The notes: generated by a model not told the origin, from the letters alone. A stretch of 64,000 nt of DNA from Azolla caroliniana (GCA_043228905.1 JBHGNT010000011.1:3658001-3722000), one strand, 5' to 3'. Shown: positions 40,267 through 53,500, counted from the first letter of the stretch. Numbers and translations are program-made.

Positions 40267-43200
40267 TGTTGGGGACAATGTCGTCTGTGCGGAAGATCTT
40301 GAGGCACTCGATTCCTGTTTATTCCCTGTGTATGACTGTTTGTAGGTCGTTGAGCAGAGAGAGAGAGAGAGAGAGAGAGGGAGAGGCACAAATAAGACTC
40401 TTTATTTCATAAAGCAATAATACAACAACCAACCTTACAAAAAGGTTACAAGGTCACTATATATAGGGACCGACTTAGGGCAACTGCCCTTTATGCTAAT
40501 TACATGAATGGCCATAACGGGATAATGTGAATACGTCCATTATACACATGTATTCGACACTCCCCCGTAATGGGCGTATACATGGGTTATCTAAGATTAC
40601 AGGTATAGACTTAGGTTCTCGGACATATCAGCTTTGTTCGAGTCGGCAGGGTCCGAAGGCAGAAGACCGAACTGGTCGGGTCGGAACAGTTGAAGCCGAT
40701 CATTAAGGAACTGATGTCGGTTGTCGGGAACCATCCTGCTCTGTGTCCGGCTCTAACCGGACTGGTTTGTCGTTACGCCCATCTGATGCCGAAGAGTCCG
40801 AAAGCGGTCTGCCGAAAGACACTTGGTCATTCCATCTACGACATTGTCGGTTGTGGATATTTTCTCTAGACCGATTTTCCCTGAAATGACGCAGTCCCGA
40901 ACGAAGTGATATCGAACGTCGATATGCTTGGAGGCGTTGTGGTGAACCGGATTTTTCGACAGGGCAACAGCACCTTGACTGTCGCTATAGACAACTGGGG
41001 CCGAGTCATGATCGACTTGCCGAAACGTGTGCGCCAGCCGACCGAGCCATAAGGCTTCTTTTGCTGCGTCGGACGCAACTACATATTCTGCTTCGGTCGT
41101 TGAGGTCGCTGTGCACTCCTGAAGTTTCGACTTCCACGAAATTGCTCCATTGCCGAATTTGAAGCAGTATCCGGTTGTTGATTTCCGACTGTCTATACAG
41201 CCGGCGAAATCCGAGTCGGTGTAACCGACTACGCCTGAGGTTCGGTTCGGGCCGAAAAGAATGCCGTGATCTTTTGTGCCAGCCAGATATCTGAACACAT
41301 GCTTGACTGCGTTCCAATGCGATCGGCCAGGGTTGTGCATAAATCTGCTAACGACTCCTACGGCGTGAGAAATATCAGGCCGTGTCGCGACCATCAGGTA
41401 CATAAGGGAGCCGACTGCCGGTGCATACGGTACCGACTTCATATCTTCCCCCTCCGGACCGGATGTCGGGCAGTCTCGCTGAGAGAGCCGAAGATTCATG
41501 GGGAGCGGGGTTGAAGCAGATTTGGTTGATTGCATGTTGAAGCGTTCTAAGACACGTCCATATAGTCGGTCTGAGACAAAAAAAGATGTCGTTTATCGCG
41601 ATGCCGACTAATCTTCATGCCAAGGATGTGTCGTGCCGGACCGAGGTCCTTCATGGCAAACTTCAACCGCAGTTGTCGAACGAGATCGGCAAGTTCGCCC
41701 GCGTGGCGTCCAGAAATCAGCATGTCGTCCACGTAAATGATGAGGAAGATGGGTGATCCATCTTGAGCTGTGTTGGTGAAGAGACAATGGTCCTCATCGC
41801 TTTTTGAGAAGCCGATCGATTGGATGAAGTCGTCGAACTTCTTGTACCATTGTCGCGGTGCCTGTTTGAGGCCGTATAGACTCTTCCTGAGTCGGCAGAC
41901 TAGATGTTCTTGGCCGGTTGCCACGAAGCCTTTTGGCTGCTCCATATAAATTTCCTCCTCGAGATCACCATGGAGGAAGGCTGTTTTGACATCTAGCTGA
42001 ATCAGCTCCAAGTTGTCGGCTGCCACGACGCCGAGCAGAAAACGAAGGGTTGTCATTTTCACCACTGGTGAAAAAATCTCGTCGAAGTCGACGCCATATT
42101 CTTGTCGGAAGCCCTTCGCAACTAATCTGGCCTTGTACTTTGGGGTGGTCGAATCAGACGTCTCTTTTAGTCGATAAACCCACTTGCAAGGAAGAGCACG
42201 TCGGTTCCTAGGTAATTCGACCAGATCCCAAGTCTTGTTCGCCCGAATGGAGTGCATTTCCGACTCCATCGCCAGATGCCAGGTGGCTGAATCGACAGAT
42301 GTCGATGCTTCTTCGTAAGACGTCGGTTCGCCGGCGTCGGTGAAGAAAATTCCAGGAGAATATCTCTCCGGAGGTTGCGACAGTCTCTCGGATCGTCGAA
42401 GTAGGATTGGGCTGTTCGCATCGGGTATCGAGGTCGGATGGTCCGAAACCGAATCATTCGGCTGTGCCGAGTCAGAGTTGTCCGAGTCGGTAGTGTAAGG
42501 TTCAGCTGCCCGTGAAGCTGACCGTGTGTTGAGAGCGGGGCCTTCTTGAAGGGTCGGCACATCGGAAAATGTTACCCTTCGGACTTCGATCGGTTTTTCG
42601 ACTGATGGGTTCATAGCCGACTCGTTGAACACAACGTCCGAACTTCGAACGATTTGTCTGCGTTCGGGGTCCCAGAGTCGGTATCCCATTTCGCCGTCGG
42701 ATCCATATCCAAGGAAAATGCATTTCCTGGACCGAGGTGCAAGTTTTCGGCGATCATCTTTCGGAATAAGGGCGTATGCCTCGCATCCGAAGATCCTCAG
42801 CTTGTCGTAATTCGGCTTACTGTCGATCCATAGTTCCTGAGGAATTTGAAGTCCTAGAGGTCTACTTGGCGACATATTGATTATGTGTACTGTCGTGAGT
42901 AGAGCCTCTGCCCAGAAGCCATCCGACAGTCCGGAGTGTTGGAGCATGGAAACTATCCGTTCTTGGATTGTCCGATTCATTCGTTCTGCAATCCCGTTTT
43001 GCTCCGGGCTGTGTGGTGCCGTAAATTCACGTCGGATGCCGCGTTGTCGGCAGAATTTGACGAATTCTTCTGATTTGAACTCTCCCCCATTGTCGGTCTG
43101 AAGGCATTTCAGCTTTCGGTCGGTTTGATTTTCTACCATAGCGAGCCAATCGGTGAAGATCGAGAAGACACGATCTTTGGTGCGAATTGGATAAGCCCAC

Positions 43201-45731
43201 ACCTTTCGAGTCGAATCGTCAATAAAACTGACGAAGTAAGAGGCACCGCCAAGAGAGTGATGCGGCATTGGGCCACAGACGTCCGAGTGGACTAAATCGA
43301 GAGGTCTCGTTTCTCTTGGTGCTGATGTCGGGTGTGATGCGGCTGCTTGTTTGCCATACTGGCAATGCTCGCAAAATTGATGGTCCGAGAAGGAGAGTTT
43401 GGGGATGTATCCGGCTCTAGATAGGTGCGTGATGCCGGCCTTGCTGAGGTGTCCCAGTCTTCGGTGCCATAGTGATGACACAGGAATATCCACCAGAAAC
43501 AGGTTACCCTCTCTGAGCGTAACATGTAACGGATACAGGGAGTGTATCTTGGGTCCTCTAGCAAGCAGGAGGTTCCCCCTGTGGAGTGTCCACCCTCCCG
43601 AAGAAAAACCGGCACGAATGCCGTCTTCATCTAGTTGTCCGACTGAGATCAATGGTCTTGAGAGCTCGGGTACATGTCGGACATTGTGGAGTACAAGTGT
43701 AGAGCCACCTGCAAGGTTGAGCTCTACTGTGCCGATTCCGATGATGTCACAGTGTTGTAAGTTGCCGACCCGAACTGAGTCGGAGTGACGGATCGTATAT
43801 TTCCCGAAATTGGGACCGATGAGGAGTCACATGAAATGACGCGCCCGAATCCAAGAGCCATGTGCTCGATTCTTCAGTCGTGAGCAGAACTTCTGATCCG
43901 ACTGGATTTTCGATTGATAGTATATTCGGGTCGTCCGGTAGTACATCAACTGAGGAGCTGACGTAATTGATCTCCTCATGCCGGCCACTCTTCTTGTTGT
44001 TCTTGTCTTTGAGTGCGCGGCAGTCGGCTTTGATGTGTCCGGGTTTCTTGCAATAGTTGCAGATTCGGTTATCCCGTGACTGGCTCCGTCTTCGCTGATT
44101 GTTCGGCGGCCGTGAGGAATCTCTTCCTCGTATGTTCGATCGGTCTGTCGAACCTTGTACTACATAAGCGTCTTCTGTTGAGTCTTTGGCGAAAGACTTT
44201 CTCCGAGCTGCTTCGGTCAGGATTGCGCTCGTGACTTCGGAGTATTTAACAGCCGTGGTTGACGCGTTGCACACGGTTGTGACGAAAGTTTCCCATGATG
44301 AGGGAAGGCTGCTCATGAGTATCATTGCTCTGATTTCATCCTCGATTGCCGTCCCCTGAGATGAGATTTGGGAGCTGATGCTTTCGTACTCATTGAGGTG
44401 TGCTTGAACCGAATCGGATTCTTTCATCCGCAGGTTGTAGAGGCGCCGGATCAGAAACATCTTCGTTGCGGCGACCTTCTTTTCGTAAGTGTCCGACAGT
44501 GTTTTCCACAGTTCGAATGCTGTCGTACACGATTGCACCGTAAAGTATACCGATTCCGATAGGTGCATCCGAATCGTGGCGCGGACGATTCTGTCCAGCT
44601 TCTGCCACTCAATTGGTTTGTATCCTTCTGGAGGTTCTTCATTTTCGATGGGATCGATTTGTCCCTTGACTATGAGATAGTCCTGCATTTGCTCTTTCCA
44701 GAAGTTGAAGTTCGATCCATCGAACTTTCGCAGACTCATTTCTGACGAGCCGGATGTTGATGCCATCAAATTCGGTTTTGGTTGACGAAGCTCGGTTCGG
44801 AGTTGACTGTGAACCTTGTTGGAGTGCAGCCGGTTGGCTCACCCGATATCGTTCTAGTCGGATTTGAACCCGAGTCGGTTCGGCTTCGGAACTTGCTCAA
44901 ATTGACTCCGGTAGTTTGAGGGACAGAACCGACTGGTCTTCCCGAATGTTGCCGAGTCGGAGTGAGCCCGGTTCGCTTCGGATATATGTGCCGAATACCG
45001 ATTATTGAAACCGATTATCTGGACCGATTTTGCTTCGGTTGACTGCAGCGACGAGAGAGACAGATCCAACTGATCCTCTCGAATGTCGATCAGCCGAATG
45101 AAGCACGAATTTAGGGTTGTTGTCTTGAGACCGATCTGCACCGAGTGGTTACAACGAGCGGCGAACAGCGTTCAATGACCTTTTCGGATGCCGTTTAACC
45201 GAGCGGAGCACGATCGTGTCAATGTTGCACAAGGGGATTTCACCTCGAGCGGTTACGATCACAAGGAACAGAGTACGACCTGATGGCTTACTCCAAGCAA
45301 GATAATCTAACGCGATGAGGTGCAAACCTGGTTTTTCTTCTTCTTCTCTCTTCTTCGAATGACGCAGGAAACCGAATGCAGAGACGATGGCCGACAGCGG
45401 ATTGAGGGACCGACTACTGTGCAGGCTCTGATACCAGATGTTGGGGACAATGTCGTCTGTGCGGAAGATCTTGAGGCACTCGATTCCTGTTTATTCCCTG
45501 TGTATGACTGTTTGTAGGTCGTTGAGCAGAGAGAGAGAGAGAGAGAGAGAGGGAGAGGCACAAATAAGACTCTTTATTTCATAAAGCAATAATACAACAA
45601 CCAACCTTACAAAAAGGTTACAAGGTCACTATATATAGGGACCGACTTAGGGCAACTGCCCTTTATGCTAATTACATGAATGGCCATAACGGGATAATGT
45701 GAATACGTCCATTATACACATGTATTCGACA
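40267..45731 (-). mobile_element. Ty1/Copia element A3: 293-bp LTRs 45439-45731 and 40267-40559, PBS 45425-45436, TSD CGGGG (+ strand)
   Basis: cgggg on both flanks; LTRs appear identical; inserted in the WDP codons of the A2 integrase. Confidence 0.97.
40753..44766 (-). pseudogene. A3 Gag-Pol with two frameshifts (~43800 and ~41560)
   Basis: Three ORF pieces (340, 701, 260 aa) that together cover the A1 protein. Confidence 0.93.
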
Positions 45732-47832
45732 CGGGGTCCCAGAGTCGGTATCCCATTTCGCCGTCGGATCCATATCCAAGGAAAATGCATTTCCTGGACC
45801 GAGGTGCAAGTTTTCGGCGATCATCTTTCGGAATAAGGGCGTACGCCTCGCATCCGAAGATCCTCAGCTTGTCGTAATTCGGCTTACTGCCGATCCATAG
45901 TTCCTGAGGAATTTGAAGTCCTAGAGGTCTACTTGGCGACATATTGATTATGTGTACTGCCGTGAGTAGAGCCTCTGCCCAGAAGCCATCCGACAGTCCG
46001 GAGTGTTGGAGCATGGAAACTATCCTTTCTTGGATTGTCCGATTCATTCGTTCTGCAATCCCGTTTTGCTCCGGACTGTGTGGTGCCGTAAATTCACGTC
46101 GGATGCCGCGTTGTCGGCAGAATTTGACGAATTCTTCGGATTTAAATTCTCCCCCATTGTCTGTCCGAAAGCATTTCAGCTTTCGGTCGGTTTGATTTTC
46201 TACCATAGCGAGCCAATCGGTGAAGATCGAGAAGACCCGATCTTTGGTGCGAATTGGATAAGCCCACACCTTTCGAGTCGAATCGTCAATAAAAGTGACG
46301 AAGTAAGAGGCACCGCCGAGAGACTGATGCGGCATTGGGCCACAGACGTCCGAGTGGACCAAATCAAGAGGTCTCGTTTCTCTGGGTGCTGATGTCGGGT
46401 GTGATGCGGCTGCTTGTTTGCCATACTGGCAATGCTCGCAGAATTGATGGTCCGAGAAGGAGAGTTTGGGGATGTATCCGGCTCTAGATAGGTGCGTGAT
46501 GCCGGCCTTGCTGAGGTGTCCTAATCTTCGGTGCCATAGTGATGACACAGGAATATCCACCAAAAACAGGTTACCCTCTCTGAGCGTAACATGTAACGGA
46601 TACAGGGAGTGTATCTTGGGTCCTCTAGCAAGCAGGAGGTTCCCCCTGTGGAGTGTCCACCCTCCCGAAGAAAAACCGGCACGAATGCCGTCTTCATCTA
46701 GTTGTCCGACTGAGATCAATGGCCTTGAGAGCTCGGGTACATGTCGGACATTGTGGAGTACAAGTGTAGAGCCACCTGCAAGGTTGAGCTCTACTGTGCC
46801 GATTCCGATGATGTCACAGTGTTGCGAGTTACCGACTCGAACTGAGTCGGAGTGACGGATCGTATATTGCCGAAATTGGGATCGATGAGGAGTCACGTGA
46901 AATGACGCGCCTGAATCTAAGAGCCATGTGCTCGATTCTTCAGTCGTGAGTAGAACTTCTGATCCGACTGGATTTTCGATTGATAGTATATTCGGGTCGT
47001 CCGGTAGTACATCAGCTGAGAAGCTGACGTAATTGATCTCCTCATGCCGGCCACTCTTCTTGTTGTTCTTGTTCTTGAGTGCGCGGCAGTCGGCTTTGAT
47101 GTGTCCGGGTTTCTTGCAATAGTTGCAGATTCGGTTATCCCGTGATTGGCTCCGTCTTCGCTGATTGTTCGACGGCCGTGAGGAATCTCTTCCTCGTATG
47201 TTCGATCGGTCTGTCGAACCTTGCACTACGTAAGCGTCGTCTGTTGAGTCTTTGGCGAAAGACTTTCTCCGAGCTGCTTCGGTCAGGATTGCGCTCGTGA
47301 CTTCGGAGTATTTAACAGCCGTGGTTGACGCGTTGCACACGGTTGTGACGAAAGTTTCCCATGATGAGGGAAGGCTGCTCATGAGTATCATTGCTCTGAG
47401 TTCATCCTCGATTGCCATCCCCTGTGACGAGATTTGGGAGCTTATGCTTTCGTACTCATTGAGGTGTGCTTGAACCGAATCGGATTCTTTCATCCGCAAG
47501 TTGTAGAGGCGCCGGATCAGAAACATCTTCGTTGCGGCGACCTTCTTTTCGTAAGTGTCCGACAGTGTTTTCCACAGTTCGAATGCTGTCGTACACGATT
47601 GCACCGTAAAGTATACCGATTCCGATAGGTGCATCCGAATCGTGGCGCGGACAATTCTGTCCAGCTTCTGCCACTCAATTGGTTTGTATCCTTCTGGAGG
47701 TTCTTCATTTTCGATGGGATCGATTTGCCCCTTGACTATGAGATAGTCCTGCATTTGCTCCTTCCAGAAGTTGAAGTTCGATCCATCGAACTTTCGTAGA
47801 CTCATTTCTGACGAGCCGGATGTTGATGCCAT
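45732..47832 (-). pseudogene. A2 Gag-Pol, 5' half (Gag, PR, INT)
   Basis: MASTSGSSEMSLRKFDGSNF...GYRLWDP, an open frame up to the A3 LTR. Confidence 0.95.
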
Positions 47833-49067
47833 CAAATTCGGTTTCGGTTGACGAAGCTCGGTTCGGAGTTGACTACGAACCTTGTTGGGGTGCAGCCGGT
47901 TGGCTCACCCGATATCGTTCTAGTCGGATTTGAACCCGAGTCGGTTCGGCTTCGGAACTTGCTCGAATTGACTTCGGTAGCTTGAGGGACAGAACCGACT
48001 GGTCTTCCCGAATGTTGCCGAATACCGATTATTGAAACCGATTATCTGGACCGATTCTGCTTCGGGTGGCTGCAGCGACGAGAGAGACAGATCCAACTGA
48101 TCCTCTCGAATGTCGATCAGCCGGATGAAGCGCGAATTGGGGTTGTTGTCTTGAGACCGATCTGCACCGAGTGGTTACAACGAGCAGCGAGCAGCGTTTA
48201 ATGACCTTTTCGGATGCCGTTTAACCGAATGGAGCACGATCGTGTCAATGATGCACAAGGGGATTTCACCTCGAGCGGTTACGATCACAAGGAACGGAGT
48301 ACAACCTGATGGCTTACTCCAAGCAAAAGGATCTAACGCGATGAGGTGCAAACCTCGTTTTTGTTCTTCTTCTCTCTTTCTTCGAATGACGCGAATACTG
48401 TGCAGGCCGTGATGAAGTGAAGAACCGAATGCTGTGCAGGCGGTGACGACGGCCGACAGCGGATTGAAGGACCGAATGCTGTGCAAGCTCTGATACCAGA
48501 TGTTGTAGACGAGGTCGTCAATGAGGAAGATCAAGAAGCATTCGATTCTTCTGAGTACCTGCGTATGACAGATTGTAGGTCGTGCACAGAGAGAGAGAGA
48601 GAGAGAGAGACACAAAAGACTTTCTTATTTCACAAAGAGACAATACAACAACCAACCTTACAAAAAGGTTGCAAGGTCACTATATATAGTGACCGACTTA
48701 GGGCAACTACCCTTTATGATAATTACATAAATGGCCGAAACGGGATAGTGTGAATACGTCCATTATACACATGTATTCGACAGGACTGACCGCAGACCGT
48801 GTTCCTAATAGGTAATAAAGGTTTCTCGTTTCCGGAAAAAAAAAGATAGAAACATGGACAGAGGAATGGGAAGCTTGCTTCCGATTGAAAAGCTCGATAG
48901 GAGCAACTATGCTTCTTGGTCATACAAGATGCACCAGTACTTGCTCGGGTACGGTTATTGGATTTATGTCAAAGGAGCTAATGATGCATCACCTGAGTTG
49001 AGACACAGAGATTTCTGGGCCTGAGAATAGGTGCCAAGCAGAGTTCTCTTTTGCTTTGCATTCGGGA

Positions 49068-49307
49068 TGCCAAGATGCCAAAGGACGCTTGTGGAAATCT
49101 GAAAAAAATTTCCCCCCCAAGCACCACAACCACAAAGCTTCAACTCAGACATGAGTTGAGCAATGTTCAATAGAGAGAGATGTGGGCTGCCAAGATGCCA
49201 AAGGACGCTTGTGGAAATCTGAAAAAAATTTCCCCCCCAAGCACCACAACCACAAAGCTTCAACTCAGACATGAGTTGAGCAATGTTCAATAGAGAGAGA
49301 TGTGGGC
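49068..49307. repeat. 120-bp perfect tandem duplication inside D2 gag
   Basis: Lines 49081-49187 and 49201-49307 are identical. Confidence 0.95.
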
Positions 49308-49503
49308 TGACTACACCTACAAGATCAAGGAAATCTGTGACTCCCTCGCCTCCGTCAACGTGAACATCGAGGAGGGCGAAATGTTGCAGGTTTGCCTCGG
49401 AGGGTTGGCATCAAAGTTTGGAGTCAAAGTTCGGAGCATTCCGAACGGCAGTCTAAACGAAGGAGAATACGCTTTCGTTTTTCGAGCTACAATTGAGTGT
49501 GTC

Positions 49504-50177
49504 TAGCAATGGGCCCGGTTCAGTTTCTTGGCCTTGAAACCAAACCAAACCATTTATTAATAATAAAAACTGAACCAAACTTTTTTAAAATTTTGAAGCC
49601 ATTCAAACCAAACCGTTTAGAGCTGAACCGTTAAACCAAACCGTTTACGAAAAATTTAAAACCAAACCAAACCGTTTTATCATAAATTAAAAGCAAACCA
49701 AACCAAACCATTTGTTATTGATATTAATCATTATACTTATTATAAAATTGTGTGAGAAAATCATCATAAATTTATTCATCATACTTATCATAAATTTTGT
49801 AATCATACTTATCATAAATTTGATCATCATACTTATCATATTTGAACATCACAAATGAAAAGGAGACTCTACATATAATGCATATAAATTTTAATAAGTT
49901 AAAACTAGAGTTTAAAATTAAAAGCTAAAAGTTAGTGCCTATAGGGAAAATTTATGAGTATTTTTTAACCTATAAACCTTTAAACCTTTAAACCAAACCA
50001 CATAAACCGAAACCAATAAGTCATTAAACAGTTAAACAACTAAATCCGAACCGAAGTAAAACCGATTAGTAACATTTGAAACCAAACCAAACCGTTTATT
50101 TATTTTCGAACCTATAAACAGTTAAGCCGCAGTTTTTCGGTCCGGTTCGGTTTGAGCCGAAACCGAGCCCATTGCTA
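49504..50177. mobile_element. Non-autonomous hAT-type DNA transposon (MITE)
   Basis: TIRs tagcaatgggc...gcccattgcta; 8-bp TSD agtgtgtc/agtgcgtc (one transition); many subterminal aaacc(a/g) motifs; AT-rich core with atcatacttat repeats. Confidence 0.9.
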
Positions 50178-50598
50178 AGTGCGTCGACGAGTACGCACAC
50201 TGTCAACAAAATGTTGTATACGGAGGTGGATCGGCCCCGTGCTCCTGTTGGACGAGGAGGATCGACACGCAATGGAGGCGGTTGATAGGAGTGAAACTCG
50301 AGGCATAATCAAAATGTCGACAACAATTCTGGACCCTCCACAAGTAAGGGGAGTCACGACGGCGCCAAAGGTCGGCAAGGAAAGGCCGTGACAGACTGTT
50401 GATATTGTGGTTGGAAGGGCCATAGAGAGAGCAAGTGTTGGAAAACATGAGCCGATTCGGACAAGGCCTGATCAAGCTGAGGAGACATAGATAGGCGTCA
50501 TAGATCACACTACGCCGAAGGCTCAAGGCGAGCTGAAACAGGCCCAACCTTCGTAATGAAGCACAAAGCCAATTCGATGGCGGTGAACACCTCAACAT

Positions 50599-53500
50599 TG
50601 TGACGGGAGCTCGACGCTCCTTATGCACAATGCTCGGCCACAACCGAGATTAGAATCATACACAGAAAAAACAGGAAACGGAAAACACGCGACACAAAGG
50701 AGAAGGAAAAATGTACACAAGATGTTTACGTGGAAAACCCAAACTAAGGGGAAAAAACCACGGCAGCCCACAGGCTGCAAACTATCGCTATGTTTGAATG
50801 TACAACAGTGAGTTCACGGAGGCAACGACCTCGTGCTCACAATCCTCGCCACAGGCTGCGGTTACAACAGAGGTTACGACCTCTTCGTCTCACTCTCTCT
50901 GTGTACACTGTTACGTGCTCTCTCTTCTTCTTGCACTAACAAGAAATGACAACAACAACTACTACTAAAGGTTTGTCCTAAGTCATATTTATACTAATAT
51001 GACTTTTCGGCTATTTACAAATATAGCCCTTATGGACTCTCGGAAACATATTTACGAATATGTCTCCTCATTCGGTCTTGACCGGGTCTGCACCATCCGG
51101 CTCTCCGTAGCCGGGGACTCCTCATCCGGTTCTCACCGGGTCTACACCATCCGGCTCTCCGCAACCGGGGACTCCTCATCCGGTTCTCATCGGGTCTGCA
51201 CCATCCGACTCTCCGAAGCCGGGTACTCCTCATCCGGTTCTCACTGGGTCTGCACCATCCGGCTCTCCGTAGTCGGGTACTCCTCATCCAGTTCTCACCG
51301 GGTCTGCACCATCCGGCTCTCTGTAGCCGGGTACTCCTCATCCGGTTCTCACCGGGTCTGCACCATCCGGCTCTCCGTAGCCGGGTACTCATCTGATTTG
51401 TTCATCAGCACTGTTCTTCTCCCTTCCCATCCGGAGGGACCTGTCTCCCAACAAACTCCCCCTTCACTCCGGCATGGGGTGTCTTACCAGTCTGATTCTC
51501 TTCCGGCATGCATCCAGCTTGTCGGGTATCAACACTTTGGTCAGCATATCTGACCCGTTCTCGGCCGTGTGGATCTTCGTTAGTGCGAACTCTTGGTCAT
51601 CTACTCTTTCCCGGATCCAGTGATACCTCCGCTGGATGTGCTTCGTCCGGGAATGGTAGGCCACATTCTTAGCAAGGTGGATGGCACTTTGACTATCGCA
51701 ATAGAGTCGGTATTCATCTTGCCGGATACCGAGCTCTCCGATGAAGTCCTTCATCCATAATATTTCCTTGCCGGCCTCAACAGCCGCCATGTACTCCACC
51801 TCTGTGGTTGACAATGCAACCGTCTTCTGCAGCCTCGACTGCCATGAAACAACTCCCCCTGCATATGTCATTACATACCCGGATGTAGACCGGATGGTAT
51901 CCACATCAGCTGACATGTCCGAATCAGTGAAACCGTCAAGTTGAGGTTTTCCGTAGCCGAATCGAAGACACATATTTGAAGTGCCCTTCAAATACCGGAG
52001 TATCCATTTGACCGCGTTCCAGTGCTCCTTGCCGGGATTGCTCATAAACCGGCTCACCACTCCGACTGCGTATCCAATGTCCGGTCGGGTACAAACCATT
52101 GCGTACATCAAGCTCCCTACGACAGAGGCATATGGGATCTTCATCATATCCGCCTTCTCTGCTTTCGTCTTCGGGCTTTGCTTACTGGATAGCTTGCAGT
52201 TTGCCGGAAGTGTCGATCCGACCGGTTTCGCATCTGACATGTTGAACCGGTGAAGCACCTTTGTCACGTACTTCTCTTGTGACAGGCATAATTGCTTCTT
52301 TGACCGGTCCCGAATGATGTGCATCCCCAACATCTGTCTTGTCGGACCCAAGTCTTTCATTGAGAAGGTCCGGTTGAGAGCCTTCTTCAGCATCCGTATT
52401 TTTACTTGGTCTCGTCCGACGATCAACATGTCATCCACGTACAGGAGGAGTATCAGGAAGTCCCCTCCTTCGAACTTCTTCACAAACACGCAGTGATCGG
52501 CCTGCGTCTTGTGGTACCCTTGATTGGTCATGAAGGAGTCGAACTTCCGGTACCATTGCCGGGGAGCCTGCTTCAGTCCGTACAGGCTCTTCTTCAACCG
52601 GCATACCAGGTGCTCCTTCCCTTTCTCCACAAATCCTTCCGGTTGCTGCATGTAGATCTCCTCTTCGAGGTCGATGTGAAGGAATGCCGTCTTCACGTCC
52701 AGCTGCTCTACCTCGAGGTCCATGCTTGCTGCTATACTCAACACTGTCCGGATGGAGGTCATCTTTACTACCGGGGCAAATATCTCGTCGAAGTCCACGC
52801 CCTTCTTCTGTTGGAACCCCTTCACCACGATCCTGGCTTTGTATCTCGGGGGGTTGCCGGCATCTCCCGGTTTCAACTTGTACACCCACTTGTTTCGGAG
52901 TGCCCGCTTTCCTTTCGGAAACTCAACCAATTCGTACATATGGTTCTCATGCAGGGAATCCATCTCCCATCTCGTCCTGCATGGCACTTAACCATTTTCG
53001 GATGTGGGTGTCATCCTTCACTTCTTCGAAGCTTTCCGGCTCTCCCTCATCGGTCAGCAGCACATGCTCTGCATCCGGAAATCTCCGGGGGGCCCTTCTC
53101 TCTCTGAGAGGATATCTCCGTCTTTGGGCTTCGGTAGCCGGCTCCTCCATTGAGCGTCTTGTCCTCCATGAAGATAATATCTTGACTCCGGAATACCTTC
53201 TTGTCGACCGGGTCCCACACTCGGTAGCCGAACTCATCGTCACCGTAACCGAGGAATATGCATGGCCGGGTCTTTGGATCTAACTTTCCTCTCCGGTCCT
53301 TTGCTACATGCACGTACACGAGACACCCAAACACCTTCAAATGCCGGTAGGACACTTCCTTACCGGTCCACACTCTCTGTGGCGTGTCTCCATCCAAGGG
53401 TACTGAGGGTGATCTATTTATCACGTATGTCGTTGTCGATAGTGCCTCAGCCCAAAACTTCTTGGATAGTTTTGCATGCGCTAGCATACTCCAGACCCTC

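Larger units (their letters stand above)
37874..48782 (-). mobile_element. Ty1/Copia element A2: 282-bp LTRs 48501-48782 and 37874-38155, PBS 48487-48498, TSD GGACT; interrupted by A3
   Basis: ggact on both flanks; LTRs appear identical; the ORF is nearly identical to A1. Confidence 0.97.
37468..48817 (+). mobile_element. Solo LTR (37468-37873 + 48788-48817) of the Tat/Athila-like Gypsy family, TSD AAGGT; split by A2
   Basis: aaggt|tgttgtcc ... gtgttcctaataggtaata|aaggt. It shares blocks (gcatgtaa.ggtt, tatataaagggca, ttgtag.cgtctcc, ccacaacc) with 28080-28565. Confidence 0.8.

Noticed and set aside
38349-40391. 680-aa ORF as an independent RT gene with a novel N-terminus (likewise the fused ends of 60585-61640 and 62414-63439)
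   Set aside because: The extra residues are read-through from adjacent LTR or junction sequence.
50999-51553. Repetitive ORFs (RVCTIRLSVAGYSSSGSH; also 55215-55781, 60169-60633)
   Set aside because: By-products of GC-rich 54/57-bp units that are multiples of three; the peptides are poorly conserved between E and C.
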